Source: a virus (lineage: Duplodnaviria > Caudoviricetes). Taken from it: 24,049 nt of DNA. The notes below the pieces were generated by a model that did no database searches, was not told where the DNA came from, and saw only the letters and a program-made list of their open reading frames with translations. Location of the stretch: IMG/VR virus record IMGVR_UViG_3300035148_000244, positions 1-24,049 of that record. The stretch is one strand, 5' to 3'. The position numbers and the translations under genes were made by a program. This document shows positions 15,805 to 24,049 of the stretch, piece by piece. The first letter of the stretch is position 1. Each line of letters begins with the position of its first letter.

Positions 15805-16221
15805 ATGGCCAACAACGCGACCAACTATCTCGAAAACGAGATCATCAAGCACATCTTCCGCACCGACACGTTCACGAAGCCGACGGTGCTGGCGGTTGCG
15901 CTGTTCACGGCCGTGGCCGACGCAGAAGCTGGTACGGTGACCGAGGTCACTGGTGGTTCGTACGCGCGTGTCGAGGCCAACCCGCTGGACGCCACCTGGG
16001 CCGCCCCCGCCGGCGGCAACGGCCAGACGTCGAACTCGGCTGAGATCACTTTCCCCGCGCCCACGGCGGACTGGGGCACTGTGACCCACATCGGCATCTA
16101 CGACGCGGCCACGAACGGCAACCTGCTGATCGTCGCGCCGCTGACCACGCCGCGCGAGATCCTGAACGGTGACGGCGCTCCCAGCTTCGCTATTGGGCAG
16201 CTGACGTTCACGATCAGCTAA
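15805..16221 (+). CDS. Small virion fibre-associated protein, 138 aa
   Basis: NYLEN...VALFTA...EVTGGSYARV...ITFPAPTADWGTVTHIGIYDAATNGNLL; TAAGGAG SD. Confidence 0.8.
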   Translation: MANNATNYLENEIIKHIFRTDTFTKPTVLAVALFTAVADAEAGTVTEVTGGSYARVEANPLDATWAAPAGGNGQTSNSAEITFPAPTADWGTVTHIGIYDAATNGNLLIVAPLTTPREILNGDGAPSFAIGQLTFTIS

Positions 16222-16231
16222 GGAGGGGGCC

Positions 16232-16867
16232 ATGCCTGTCCTCCTCGCAGATCGCGTCCAGGAGACGACGACCAGCACTGGCACGGGCAATCTGACCCTG
16301 GCCGGCGCGGCGTCGGGATACCGTTCGTTCTACGCCACCTTTGGTGCGTCGCAGGACTTCTACTACGTCATCGCCGGCGGCTCCGCCTGGGAGTGCGGCA
16401 TCGGCCAGATCTCCGGCACGGACGTGCTCGTACGCGGCACGATCAAGTCGTCCAGCAACGGCGGCAGCGCCGTCGACTGGGCGGCCGGTACGAAGACCGT
16501 GTTCTGCTCCCCCATCGCCTTCCTGTGGGGCGGTGTGTGGGACCGGAATCACTTGGTCGCGCCGGTCTCGCTGTCCGACGGTGCCAGCATCGCGGTCAAC
16601 GCGGCGCTGAGCAACAACTTCAAGGTGACGCTGGGCGGCAACCGCACCCTGGCGAACCCGACGAACCTCGCCGACGGCATGGTGCTGAACTTCGTCCTCA
16701 AGCAGGACGGTACCGGTAATCGCACGTTGGCGTTCGATACGAAGTACGACTTCGGCGAGGCCGGCACGCCCACGCTCAGCACGGGCGCGAGCAAGATCGA
16801 CTTCGTGTCCTGCTACTACGACAGTGCAGCTGACAAGCTGCTCTGCTCGTTCCGGAAGAGTGCGTAA
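16232..16867 (+). CDS. Short fibre protein, 211 aa
   Basis: N-terminal LADRVQETTTSTGTG and C-terminal VTLGGNRTLANPTN...LKQDGTGNRTLAF domains typical of phage fibres. Confidence 0.75.
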   Translation: MPVLLADRVQETTTSTGTGNLTLAGAASGYRSFYATFGASQDFYYVIAGGSAWECGIGQISGTDVLVRGTIKSSSNGGSAVDWAAGTKTVFCSPIAFLWGGVWDRNHLVAPVSLSDGASIAVNAALSNNFKVTLGGNRTLANPTNLADGMVLNFVLKQDGTGNRTLAFDTKYDFGEAGTPTLSTGASKIDFVSCYYDSAADKLLCSFRKSA

Positions 16868-19800
16868 TGTGGGCACTGGCACCTTCACTGCTTGCTGGCG
16901 GAGAGCTGATAGGGCCTGACTACCCGGCCCTCGTCATGACCAGTCAGCCGCAGCAATACTGGCGGCTGAACGACGGCAGTATGTCTGCCGCGCACAACAT
17001 GGTGGCGGGCGGCACGAACGGCTCGTACCAGGCCGCGCCGAACACTCGTTGCTTTCCTACTGGCGGTCCCGTCGCTAACGGCGGGTACATGATCACCGAC
17101 GCCGCCGTTAATCAGACCGGCTGCGCCACTACTCTCGCGACCGACTACACGGCCGAGTGCACCATCGAGTGCTTCTTCTACGCTGATGTATCGCAGCCTG
17201 ACGGTGGTGGGACTATCGTCGGCAAGCGGAAGTACTACGCCAACTCCACGAACGACTTTCCCATAATGCTCACGTGGGACGCCGCGAATACCCGCGTTCA
17301 GATGATTCTGTCGTCTGGCAACGACTACAACTCTGACGCGACGCTCAATTCCGGGACGTTAGCTACTGGTGTGTGGTACCACGCCGCGGCTGTGTATCGC
17401 GCCAGCGGTTTGTGCGAGCTATACATCAACGGCACTCAGGTCGCGCAGACTACGATCAACTTCACGATCAGTTCTTCCTCTCCGGTTACGTGGCGTATCG
17501 GCCACTCGGAAGAGTACAGCGGCGGTGTCGGTGGATCGAGCTTCGCTGGGCGCATAGCTGAGGTAGCGCTGTACAACCGTGCGTTGCCCGGCGTAGAGTT
17601 CGTGCGCCACTTGGGCGGAAAGCCTAAGAAGGATGCATACCGCAAGAAGGTCGTTTCTCAGCTGTACAACGTGTGGGGCTCTCCCGCCACTGAGGTTGTC
17701 GAGCTGTACGACAAGCGCTGGTCACCTGGCGGAGGCGCGACCATCTCGTCGAACCGCACTCGCTTCGGCCATTCTTCGTGGTCGTTCGACGGCACTGGCG
17801 ACTACATTCAGGCGGAACCGTTCCCTGAGCACGCTTTCGGAACGGGCGACTTCACGGTCGAGGGCTGGTTCTACTCGACGTCAATTGCTGCCCAACAGAC
17901 GCTGTTTGATTTTCGCCCGGCTGAATCCAACGGTGCGTATCTGCTGGTCTCGGTGAAGACGACTGGCGCAGTGATGGTGTACGTGAGTACGGCAGAACGT
18001 ATCGTGTCCCCCGCGAACATGTTCTACGTCAACGCGTGGCATCACGTTGCCGTGCAGCGCAAGAGTGGTACGACGTATCTGCTCGTTGACGGCATGCTGT
18101 GTGGTTCGTGGGCCGACACTACCAACTACTTGGTTGGTTCTGTGTATGGGCTACGCGTTGGTCAATCCGCCTTCGCTGCTGCGCCTGAGAACCTTGTCGG
18201 CAACGCTGACGGCATCCGGATTACCAAGGGTGTGGCGCGACACGCCCTCCCCACTGTGCCTGGGGCCCTTGCCTACGATCTGTCCGCCTCGACGCTTCTG
18301 CGTTTCGAAGGCGCGAACAACTCCACGACCATGACCGATGAGTCGGGCAAGTCGTGGACGGCCAACGGTAACGCAAAGCTCAGCACCGCGCTGTCCAAGT
18401 TTGGTAGCAGTTCTCTGTTGCTGGACGGCAACGGTGACTATGTGAGTGCGTCCCACGCGTCCCTCGCCATGGGGACCAACGACTTTGCTGTCGAAGGCTG
18501 GTTCTACCGCACCAGCAGCGCTACGACGCAGACCTTGTTCGACTTCCGCACCGGCGGGGCTGTCAGCGCTACTGGCTGGACGCTGTACTGGTACCACACT
18601 GGCGACAACTTGGACATGTACTCGAACGTGTCCCTCTTGTCGAGCGGCCCGTCCATGCCACTGAATGCGTGGACGCACATTGCTGTTGTGCGTCGCTCTG
18701 GATACATACACCTGTTTGTCAACGGTGAGCTGAAACGGGTGTTCGCCAACTCGACGAACTTCACCGACGCCGTGTGCCGCATTGGCAGCGCCGGCGCGGA
18801 TGGGTTCGTCGGCTACGTCTCCGACTTCCGCATCACTCGGTTGTTCGGCCGGTATGTCGGGGCGCACGCGCACTATGCGCGCACTCCGCATTACGACTCT
18901 AGCTTCGACAGCGTCGTCGCACTGCTTCCGTTCAACCTCCCGGCGGCGAGCACGAACATGCTCGACGTCACCGGCAAGACGTGGACTGCTGCGGGGAACG
19001 CGCAGGGTTCCGCTTCGCAGGGGCGTTTCGGCGGATACAGCTTGGTGCTTGACGGCAACGGGGACTACATCTACTCCGCGGACAACGCGGACTGGGACCT
19101 GGGCACTGGAGACTTCACTGTCGAGGGGTGGTTCTACTGGTCTGTGCTTCCGTCCAACAACGCGCACACCCTGCTCGGAAACTACGACAACGCCATCACC
19201 AACGACCGAAAGGGCTGGGCGCTTCAGTACCGCACTGATGGAAGCAACCGAATTCGGTTTGGGCACGGCGACACGGCGTTGCTAGACGCCACCGTTACGT
19301 TGTCTACGGGCACCTGGTACCACATCGCTGCTGTGCGCCGCAGCGGCGTGCTGTACATCATGCTGGATGGGTCGATTCTGGGTTCCGTCGCGGACACAAC
19401 CAACATCACCGGCTCCGCAAAGACGATGCAGGTCGGCGCGCTGCACGACCAGCAGGGCGCTGGGTGGATTCAGTACTTCAACGGGTACGTAGATAGCATC
19501 CGCATCACAAAGGGCGTGGCGCGTTATCTGCAACCCGTGCTGTTTAACCTCCCTTCTTTGAGCGACTTCCCGGACCACACGTTCTCGTTGGTCACCATCG
19601 AGGGTGCAACCGTCACCGATGTAGGTTACGGCGGGCGTACGTGGACAAACCCCACGCTGAGTAATACCGTAGCTAAGTTCGGCACGTACTCCATGTACAA
19701 CGCCAGCTTGACGGCAAGCGCGGGCACCACACTCGATGGGGATTTTTCGATTGATGGGTGGTTCTTTCTTACGTCGAAGACGAACTACAACGGCTTCTTC

Positions 19801-20148
19801 GTGTTCGGCAATGAGGCTTCCGGTCGTATCAACCTTGGTACGCGCAACTCCACCGGGATGCTGGCCTACGACATCTATGGAGGCGGCGCCGAGCCGGATC
19901 TGAGCACTACGGCTGTTCCGCTGAATGAGTGGTGCCACATTGCCTTTGTGCGGTACGCCAACGTGTTGTCGGGCTGGATAAACGGCAAGAAGATGGGCTC
20001 GACGAGCCAGAGCGGCATTCTTGGCAACGCCACCTCCTGGTACTTTTCTTCCGCGTCGCTCGCATACGCAGAGAGCTTCCGTCTCATCAAAGGGCGAGCC
20101 CTATTTGGCCCGCCCACTGCGCCGTTTCCGCTGACGAAGGGGCCGTAA
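16867..20148 (+). CDS. Multi-LamG (concanavalin A-like) adhesin/receptor-binding protein, 1093 aa
   Basis: Five repeats carrying (D)FTVEGWFY, W(Y/H/T)H(I/V)A.VR and RIT.G.ARY-type motifs. Confidence 0.85.
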   Translation: MWALAPSLLAGGELIGPDYPALVMTSQPQQYWRLNDGSMSAAHNMVAGGTNGSYQAAPNTRCFPTGGPVANGGYMITDAAVNQTGCATTLATDYTAECTIECFFYADVSQPDGGGTIVGKRKYYANSTNDFPIMLTWDAANTRVQMILSSGNDYNSDATLNSGTLATGVWYHAAAVYRASGLCELYINGTQVAQTTINFTISSSSPVTWRIGHSEEYSGGVGGSSFAGRIAEVALYNRALPGVEFVRHLGGKPKKDAYRKKVVSQLYNVWGSPATEVVELYDKRWSPGGGATISSNRTRFGHSSWSFDGTGDYIQAEPFPEHAFGTGDFTVEGWFYSTSIAAQQTLFDFRPAESNGAYLLVSVKTTGAVMVYVSTAERIVSPANMFYVNAWHHVAVQRKSGTTYLLVDGMLCGSWADTTNYLVGSVYGLRVGQSAFAAAPENLVGNADGIRITKGVARHALPTVPGALAYDLSASTLLRFEGANNSTTMTDESGKSWTANGNAKLSTALSKFGSSSLLLDGNGDYVSASHASLAMGTNDFAVEGWFYRTSSATTQTLFDFRTGGAVSATGWTLYWYHTGDNLDMYSNVSLLSSGPSMPLNAWTHIAVVRRSGYIHLFVNGELKRVFANSTNFTDAVCRIGSAGADGFVGYVSDFRITRLFGRYVGAHAHYARTPHYDSSFDSVVALLPFNLPAASTNMLDVTGKTWTAAGNAQGSASQGRFGGYSLVLDGNGDYIYSADNADWDLGTGDFTVEGWFYWSVLPSNNAHTLLGNYDNAITNDRKGWALQYRTDGSNRIRFGHGDTALLDATVTLSTGTWYHIAAVRRSGVLYIMLDGSILGSVADTTNITGSAKTMQVGALHDQQGAGWIQYFNGYVDSIRITKGVARYLQPVLFNLPSLSDFPDHTFSLVTIEGATVTDVGYGGRTWTNPTLSNTVAKFGTYSMYNASLTASAGTTLDGDFSIDGWFFLTSKTNYNGFFVFGNEASGRINLGTRNSTGMLAYDIYGGGAEPDLSTTAVPLNEWCHIAFVRYANVLSGWINGKKMGSTSQSGILGNATSWYFSSASLAYAESFRLIKGRALFGPPTAPFPLTKGP

Positions 20149-20149
20149 C

Positions 20150-21235
20150 ATGCTCGGCTTCTTCCCCCTCGGAGCGTACGAACTCGAGAGCCCCACGCTG
20201 GCTGAGTTCAAGCAGAACGCCTACATTCTCGGGGCGGTCACCCTAGCCGGACTGGCTCTCTCCGGCGGGAAGCCGCCTTCGTACGCAGCTGAGCTCGCAG
20301 CAGAACCCACTGCTGCGTTCTCCGCTGCTTCCCCAGCGCTGCATCTGGAAAGCGCAGCGCTGTACGCGTCTCCGACGGCTCTCTCCATGCTGGCGGACGC
20401 TGCGCTGCACCGTGCTCCCACAATGCACGCGGCAGCCGATGCGGCCACTGCGAGTCAGGCTTCGCGCCTGCTTCTTCCCACACCGCGAGTGCGGGCCTCT
20501 GCGTCTGCGTCTATTGACGCTGGGGCGGTCTACACCGTTCACTTGCCGCGCGCACTGGCCGCGTCGTCAGAGGCGGAGTTCTCCGTCCCGCCCGTGTACA
20601 CGGTGCAGCTGCCGCGCGCACTGGCCGCGGCCGCGGATGCCGCTACATCGGCTGACGCGAACATCAAGCCAACGCCGAACTTCGTCGCTTCGGGTGTAGT
20701 CGATCTCGCCCTGGTGGACGCGAATCTGCGCCGCTCGGCTCTGTTCGAGGCGGACGGCGTAGTCAACGTGCTGGGCAGTGGGTATCTCAACCGCGCCGCG
20801 CACATGCACAGCGACAGCAGCATGGCTGTCGCCGGCGCCGTACCGAAGATCGACCTGGAGCGCTGGCTCGCTGCTGCCGCGAGCTCCGGCACTGTCGTTT
20901 CTGGGACGCTTGGCGTACCAGCAACGATGCTTGCCTCCCCGAGCGTACTTACGAGTGCCTCGGCCAACGCCGTGCTGCTTCCTCAGTTGTTTCCCGCTCC
21001 GGAACGCTTGCACCGTGCTCAAGACTTCAGCACCCCCACCTATATCGCTCCGGAGCGGGTGTGGTACGACGTTGTCGTTTTGTCTGTGCCCACGTACGCC
21101 GGAACGGTGCCGCTGAGCGCCTCCGAGACGTATATCATTGAAAAGACTGCACAAGCAGCTCAATCGATTGTCAACGACCCCCGGCTGGCGGTCGTCTCCG
21201 AGGAACTCGTGGACAAGGTGACTGAGGATGTCTGA
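20150..21235 (+). CDS. Ala/Ser-rich repetitive fibre-like virion protein, 361 aa
   Basis: MLGFFPLG N-terminus and ~22-aa periodicity (VYTVHLPRALAA / VYTVQLPRALAA). Confidence 0.65.
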   Translation: MLGFFPLGAYELESPTLAEFKQNAYILGAVTLAGLALSGGKPPSYAAELAAEPTAAFSAASPALHLESAALYASPTALSMLADAALHRAPTMHAAADAATASQASRLLLPTPRVRASASASIDAGAVYTVHLPRALAASSEAEFSVPPVYTVQLPRALAAAADAATSADANIKPTPNFVASGVVDLALVDANLRRSALFEADGVVNVLGSGYLNRAAHMHSDSSMAVAGAVPKIDLERWLAAAASSGTVVSGTLGVPATMLASPSVLTSASANAVLLPQLFPAPERLHRAQDFSTPTYIAPERVWYDVVVLSVPTYAGTVPLSASETYIIEKTAQAAQSIVNDPRLAVVSEELVDKVTEDV

Positions 21236-21629
21236 GCAACACTTCGATACGCCGCAGGCGAACACAGCAATGGAGAAGTTCCTCACCTTCCGGATGGATC
21301 GAGTGGAGAGGGACATTGATCGCCTTGAGCGCCTCATGGAGCAGGCCATCAGCCGCGACAGCGAGTCGCGGAATGAGCTGCACAAAGCAATGTACGACTT
21401 GACGCTCCGACAGGAAGACACGTCGAAGAAGCTGTCCGAGGTCATTGACCTGATGAAGCCGGTGATTGATGACTACCGTCAGCGCTCGTACGGCCAGTCG
21501 TACGTCAGCAAGTACTTCTCTGCGTCCCGCTACATGGCTGCGCTTACTTTGGCGGCGCTCATCCTGTTGGCGCTTCCTTTCCTTCCCGCGCTGGCCACGT
21601 ACCTTGCGCGCACTGCCGGGGGTGGTTGA
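21228..21629 (+). CDS. Coiled-coil protein with C-terminal TM, lysis-cassette associated, 133 aa
   Basis: Helical heptads followed by AALTLAALILLALPFLPALA. Confidence 0.7.
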   Translation: MSEQHFDTPQANTAMEKFLTFRMDRVERDIDRLERLMEQAISRDSESRNELHKAMYDLTLRQEDTSKKLSEVIDLMKPVIDDYRQRSYGQSYVSKYFSASRYMAALTLAALILLALPFLPALATYLARTAGGG

Positions 21630-21754
21630 TGGGTAAGTTCTTCGACGTTCTCGCTGCTGTTGTCCACATCGCCTGGTACGCCGTTGTCGGTGTCGCTGCG
21701 CTGGTGATCATCTTCGAGCTGGTGGTGCACCACTTCCCCGGGATGTGCCGATGA
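21629..21754 (+). CDS. 41-aa membrane peptide (MGKFFDVLAAVVHIAWYAVVGVAALVIIFELVVHHFPGMCR), absent from the ORF track
   Basis: TGATG and ATGA coupling; one hydrophobic span. Confidence 0.65.
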   Translation: MGKFFDVLAAVVHIAWYAVVGVAALVIIFELVVHHFPGMCR

Positions 21755-22011
21755 GAAACCTGACCCGCATGTTGCCCTGGGCGCTACTCGCGCTGCTGTT
21801 CTACACCGCAGCGCTCGCCACGGCCCAGCCGCAGATCCAGACGCTGCTCTGGAAGGTCGGCCACATCACCCTCGGGGCGAATATCGGCTACTGGATCGAC
21901 CGCACGGCGTTCCAGGACAGGCTCAACCCCAACACCACCGACCCGATCCGCGCAATGGCGCGCGCCGTGGTCGTCGCTGCGGCCATCTTGGGCCTGTCGC
22001 TGGGGTTGTAA
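21751..22011 (+). CDS. Putative holin (2/3-TM family)
   Basis: RMLPWALL...LLWK...IGYWIDRTAF...RAVVVAAAILGLSLGL, immediately before the endolysin. Confidence 0.8.
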   Translation: MRNLTRMLPWALLALLFYTAALATAQPQIQTLLWKVGHITLGANIGYWIDRTAFQDRLNPNTTDPIRAMARAVVVAAAILGLSLGL

Positions 22012-22637
22012 TGGGGGAGCGGATCCTCCTGCTCCTGCTGCGCTTGTCTCCGTGGATCTTCGTCACGGTGCTGGCGTTGCTCGTAATGGTGCCGGCGTAC
22101 GCGCAGGACCAGATCCCGGCGGCGGCCAAGCAGTACCGCTCCGAGCTGCAGCGCGAGGCGCAGTTCGTGTTCGGCCTGCGCGCGCCAGTGCCCATGTTCG
22201 CCGCTCAGATCGAGCAGGAGTCCAGCTGGCGTACTGGCGTGACCGCCTGGGACAACGGCCGCGGGCTGGCGCAGTTCATGGACCCCACGGCCAAGTTCAT
22301 CAGCGAGACTTACCCGGAGCTCGGGCAGCCTGACCCCTACAATCCGCGATGGGCCATCCGGGCTATGGTCAGGCTGAATAAGTACAACTTCGAGCGCGTC
22401 AAAGGGCTCAACCTGTGCCACCAGTGGGCCGCCGCGTTGAAGGCATACAACGCCGGGCTTGGCTGGGTGATGAAGGCGCAGCAGCTGGCTTCGGAACCAG
22501 GTAAATGGTTCGGTCACGTAGAGGACATCAACGCCGGCCAGAGCCAGCAAAACTTCGAGTATTCAAGGCTTTACCCGAGGAAGATCTTGTACAATCGCCA
22601 AGCCAAGTATGCCCAATGGGGCGCACTCACGTGCTGA
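22011..22637 (+). CDS. Endolysin, SLT-family lytic transglycosylase with N-terminal signal/anchor
   Basis: AAQIEQESSW (catalytic Glu), GLAQFM and AYNAGLG; hydrophobic N-terminus ending AYA-Q. Confidence 0.88.
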   Translation: MGERILLLLLRLSPWIFVTVLALLVMVPAYAQDQIPAAAKQYRSELQREAQFVFGLRAPVPMFAAQIEQESSWRTGVTAWDNGRGLAQFMDPTAKFISETYPELGQPDPYNPRWAIRAMVRLNKYNFERVKGLNLCHQWAAALKAYNAGLGWVMKAQQLASEPGKWFGHVEDINAGQSQQNFEYSRLYPRKILYNRQAKYAQWGALTC

Positions 22638-22705
22638 GCAGATCCGGTAGCGTCTGGCCACAGGGGCGTCGGCGACAGGGTGGGCAGGCCCTAGTTTCCT
22701 GTGGT

Positions 22706-22733
22706 GGCGGTGCGTAGGCGCCGCCTCTTTTTG
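22706..22733 (+). terminator. Rho-independent terminator after the lysis cassette
   Basis: ggcggtgc-gtag-gcgccgcc followed by tctttttg. Confidence 0.65.
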
Positions 22734-22752
22734 ACAACAGAGAGGTGATGAC

Positions 22753-23160
22753 ATGCCCAACGCACTTTACGACAAGGCCCGTGAGCGGTTCCTGACTGGT
22801 GCTCTGAACTGGTCGACGGACACCATCAAGGCCATCCTGGTTGACACCGGCGTCTACACGCCGAACCTGTCGGCCCACGAGTACCTGTCGGACGTGTCCG
22901 GCGGCGCGCGCATCTCGACTTCCGGTGCGCTCGCGTCGAAGACGACTACGGGCGGCGCGGCTGATGCGGCGGACGTCACGTTCTCCGCGGTGTCGGGCAA
23001 CTCCATCGAAGCCATCGTTCTGTACAAGGACACCGGCGTCGAGGGCACAAGCCCGCTGATCGCGTACATCGACACCGCCACCGGTCTGCCAATCACTCCC
23101 AACGGCGGCGACATCATCGTCACTTGGGACAACGGCACGAACCGGATCTTCCGCTTGTAA
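22753..23160 (+). CDS. Small virion structural protein, 135 aa
   Basis: NALYDKARE.FL...DTIKAILVD...DAADVTF...LIAYID...PNGGDIIVTWD pattern of phage structural proteins; GAGGTG SD. Confidence 0.8.
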   Translation: MPNALYDKARERFLTGALNWSTDTIKAILVDTGVYTPNLSAHEYLSDVSGGARISTSGALASKTTTGGAADAADVTFSAVSGNSIEAIVLYKDTGVEGTSPLIAYIDTATGLPITPNGGDIIVTWDNGTNRIFRL

Positions 23161-23161
23161 C

Positions 23162-23629
23162 GTGGCCTCGCGGGGGCGCAAGTACTCCGCGGTCTGCCCG
23201 GTATGCGAGTCCGGCTTCCTGCGTAGGAAGGACGGCACACCGCATACCTGCTCTCGCTCCTGCGCACGAGTGCTGGACGTGCGCAGGCGAGGGACGACAG
23301 CGAACTGGAAGGGCGGACGCTCCGCAGACCGACACGGGTACATCCGCGTGTGGATGCCGCACCACCCCCAGGCCGGTTCGAACGGATACATCCTGGAGCA
23401 CCGAGTTGTCATGGAGGGGATGATCGGCCGCCCGCTGTACGCCCACGAGAAGGTGCACCACCGCAACGGAAACCGAGCGGATAATAGGCCGGAGAATTTG
23501 GAGCTCTGGGTGCATCGCCAGCAGCCCACCGGTGCGCGCGTTGAGGACTTGATACGCGAGATGGTTGAGCACCACCCTGAGCTCACGGCTCAGTTGCTGG
23601 CGGAGTCGCAGAACAAGGAACGGTCATGA
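23162..23629 (+). CDS. HNH homing endonuclease (HNH_3 type) with N-terminal zinc ribbon
   Basis: CPVC...CSRSC, NWKGG, YILEHRVVME...VHHRNGNRADNRPENLEL. Confidence 0.88.
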   Translation: MASRGRKYSAVCPVCESGFLRRKDGTPHTCSRSCARVLDVRRRGTTANWKGGRSADRHGYIRVWMPHHPQAGSNGYILEHRVVMEGMIGRPLYAHEKVHHRNGNRADNRPENLELWVHRQQPTGARVEDLIREMVEHHPELTAQLLAESQNKERS

Positions 23630-24049
23630 CTATCCCTACCGCACGCTACTGGCGCATCATGGTCGGCGAGCGCCCCGCGACTGGCGGCTACGACGACTCC
23701 GCATATCGTCTCGTGTCGGCGTACCTCGCTGACACCAACGGTGACAAGATCAACTTCAACACGATTTCCTTCACCGGTACTGTTTCTCCGTACGACGGTT
23801 CAGCCGCTAACGTTGGCGACACTGACGTCAACACTTCTGCGGGCTTCTCCACTGCCGTCTATACCAGCGGCGGGTATTACTTCGGCCGGATCACCCTGTC
23901 GTTCGATTACGGTTCTCCGATCACTCCGGTGAAGTTCGTTTTTCGCCACTCCAACGCTGTTGTGCACGCCCCGTGGATAAGCTCCAATCTCACTCCTGTG
24001 TCTCCGGAGCGGACGTCGGTGATGATCTGGGCTTCGGAGGACAACACCA
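23626..24049 (+). CDS. Partial gene (runs off the window); probable carbohydrate-binding/discoidin-like virion protein
   Basis: ATGA coupling; MTIPTARYWRIMV...LSFDYGSPITPVKF...IWASEDNT, open to the window end. Confidence 0.65.
   Translation, partial: MTIPTARYWRIMVGERPATGGYDDSAYRLVSAYLADTNGDKINFNTISFTGTVSPYDGSAANVGDTDVNTSAGFSTAVYTSGGYYFGRITLSFDYGSPITPVKFVFRHSNAVVHAPWISSNLTPVSPERTSVMIWASEDNT

Noticed and set aside
15793-15807. Stop-codon reassignment suggested by in-frame neighbouring genes
   Set aside because: TAA, TGA and TAG all end sensible genes, and core genes are full length in the standard code.
22731-22760. Perfect TTGACA as a sigma70 -35 box
   Set aside because: No -10 hexamer at 16-18 nt; it overlaps the terminator U-tract.
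16867-24049. Diversity-generating retroelement target in the adhesin genes
   Set aside because: No reverse transcriptase and no adenine-specific template/variable repeat pair in the window.

Overview
A GC-rich tailed-phage (Caudoviricetes) segment with two divergent arms. Bases ~133-4633 hold a leftward operon of small, mostly unknown genes, including a stand-alone Pnkp-type HAD phosphatase. Bases ~4911-24049 hold a rightward morphogenesis arm: TerS, a TerL with two N-terminal zinc-ribbon repeats, an HNH nuclease, a P22-like portal, a scaffold, an N4-gp56/DUF4043-type major capsid protein, head-completion proteins and a fibre module with a five-LamG adhesin. These are followed by a lysis cassette (holin plus a signal-peptide lytic transglycosylase) and the start of a second fibre module interrupted by another HNH gene. 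The most unusual signals are non-coding. (i) An AT-rich element between terL and portal has 22-bp inverted arms around a perfect IHF consensus, with CGTAA repeats and a degenerate second copy at the window's left edge. (ii) Three operon-head leaders can fold to bury the Shine-Dalgarno sequence, one of them riboswitch-like. (iii) A TTGATTTRT motif recurs upstream of three late-gene blocks. All family names come from motif recognition by eye; no searches or folding computations were run. No tRNA, rRNA, CRISPR array or integrase was seen.
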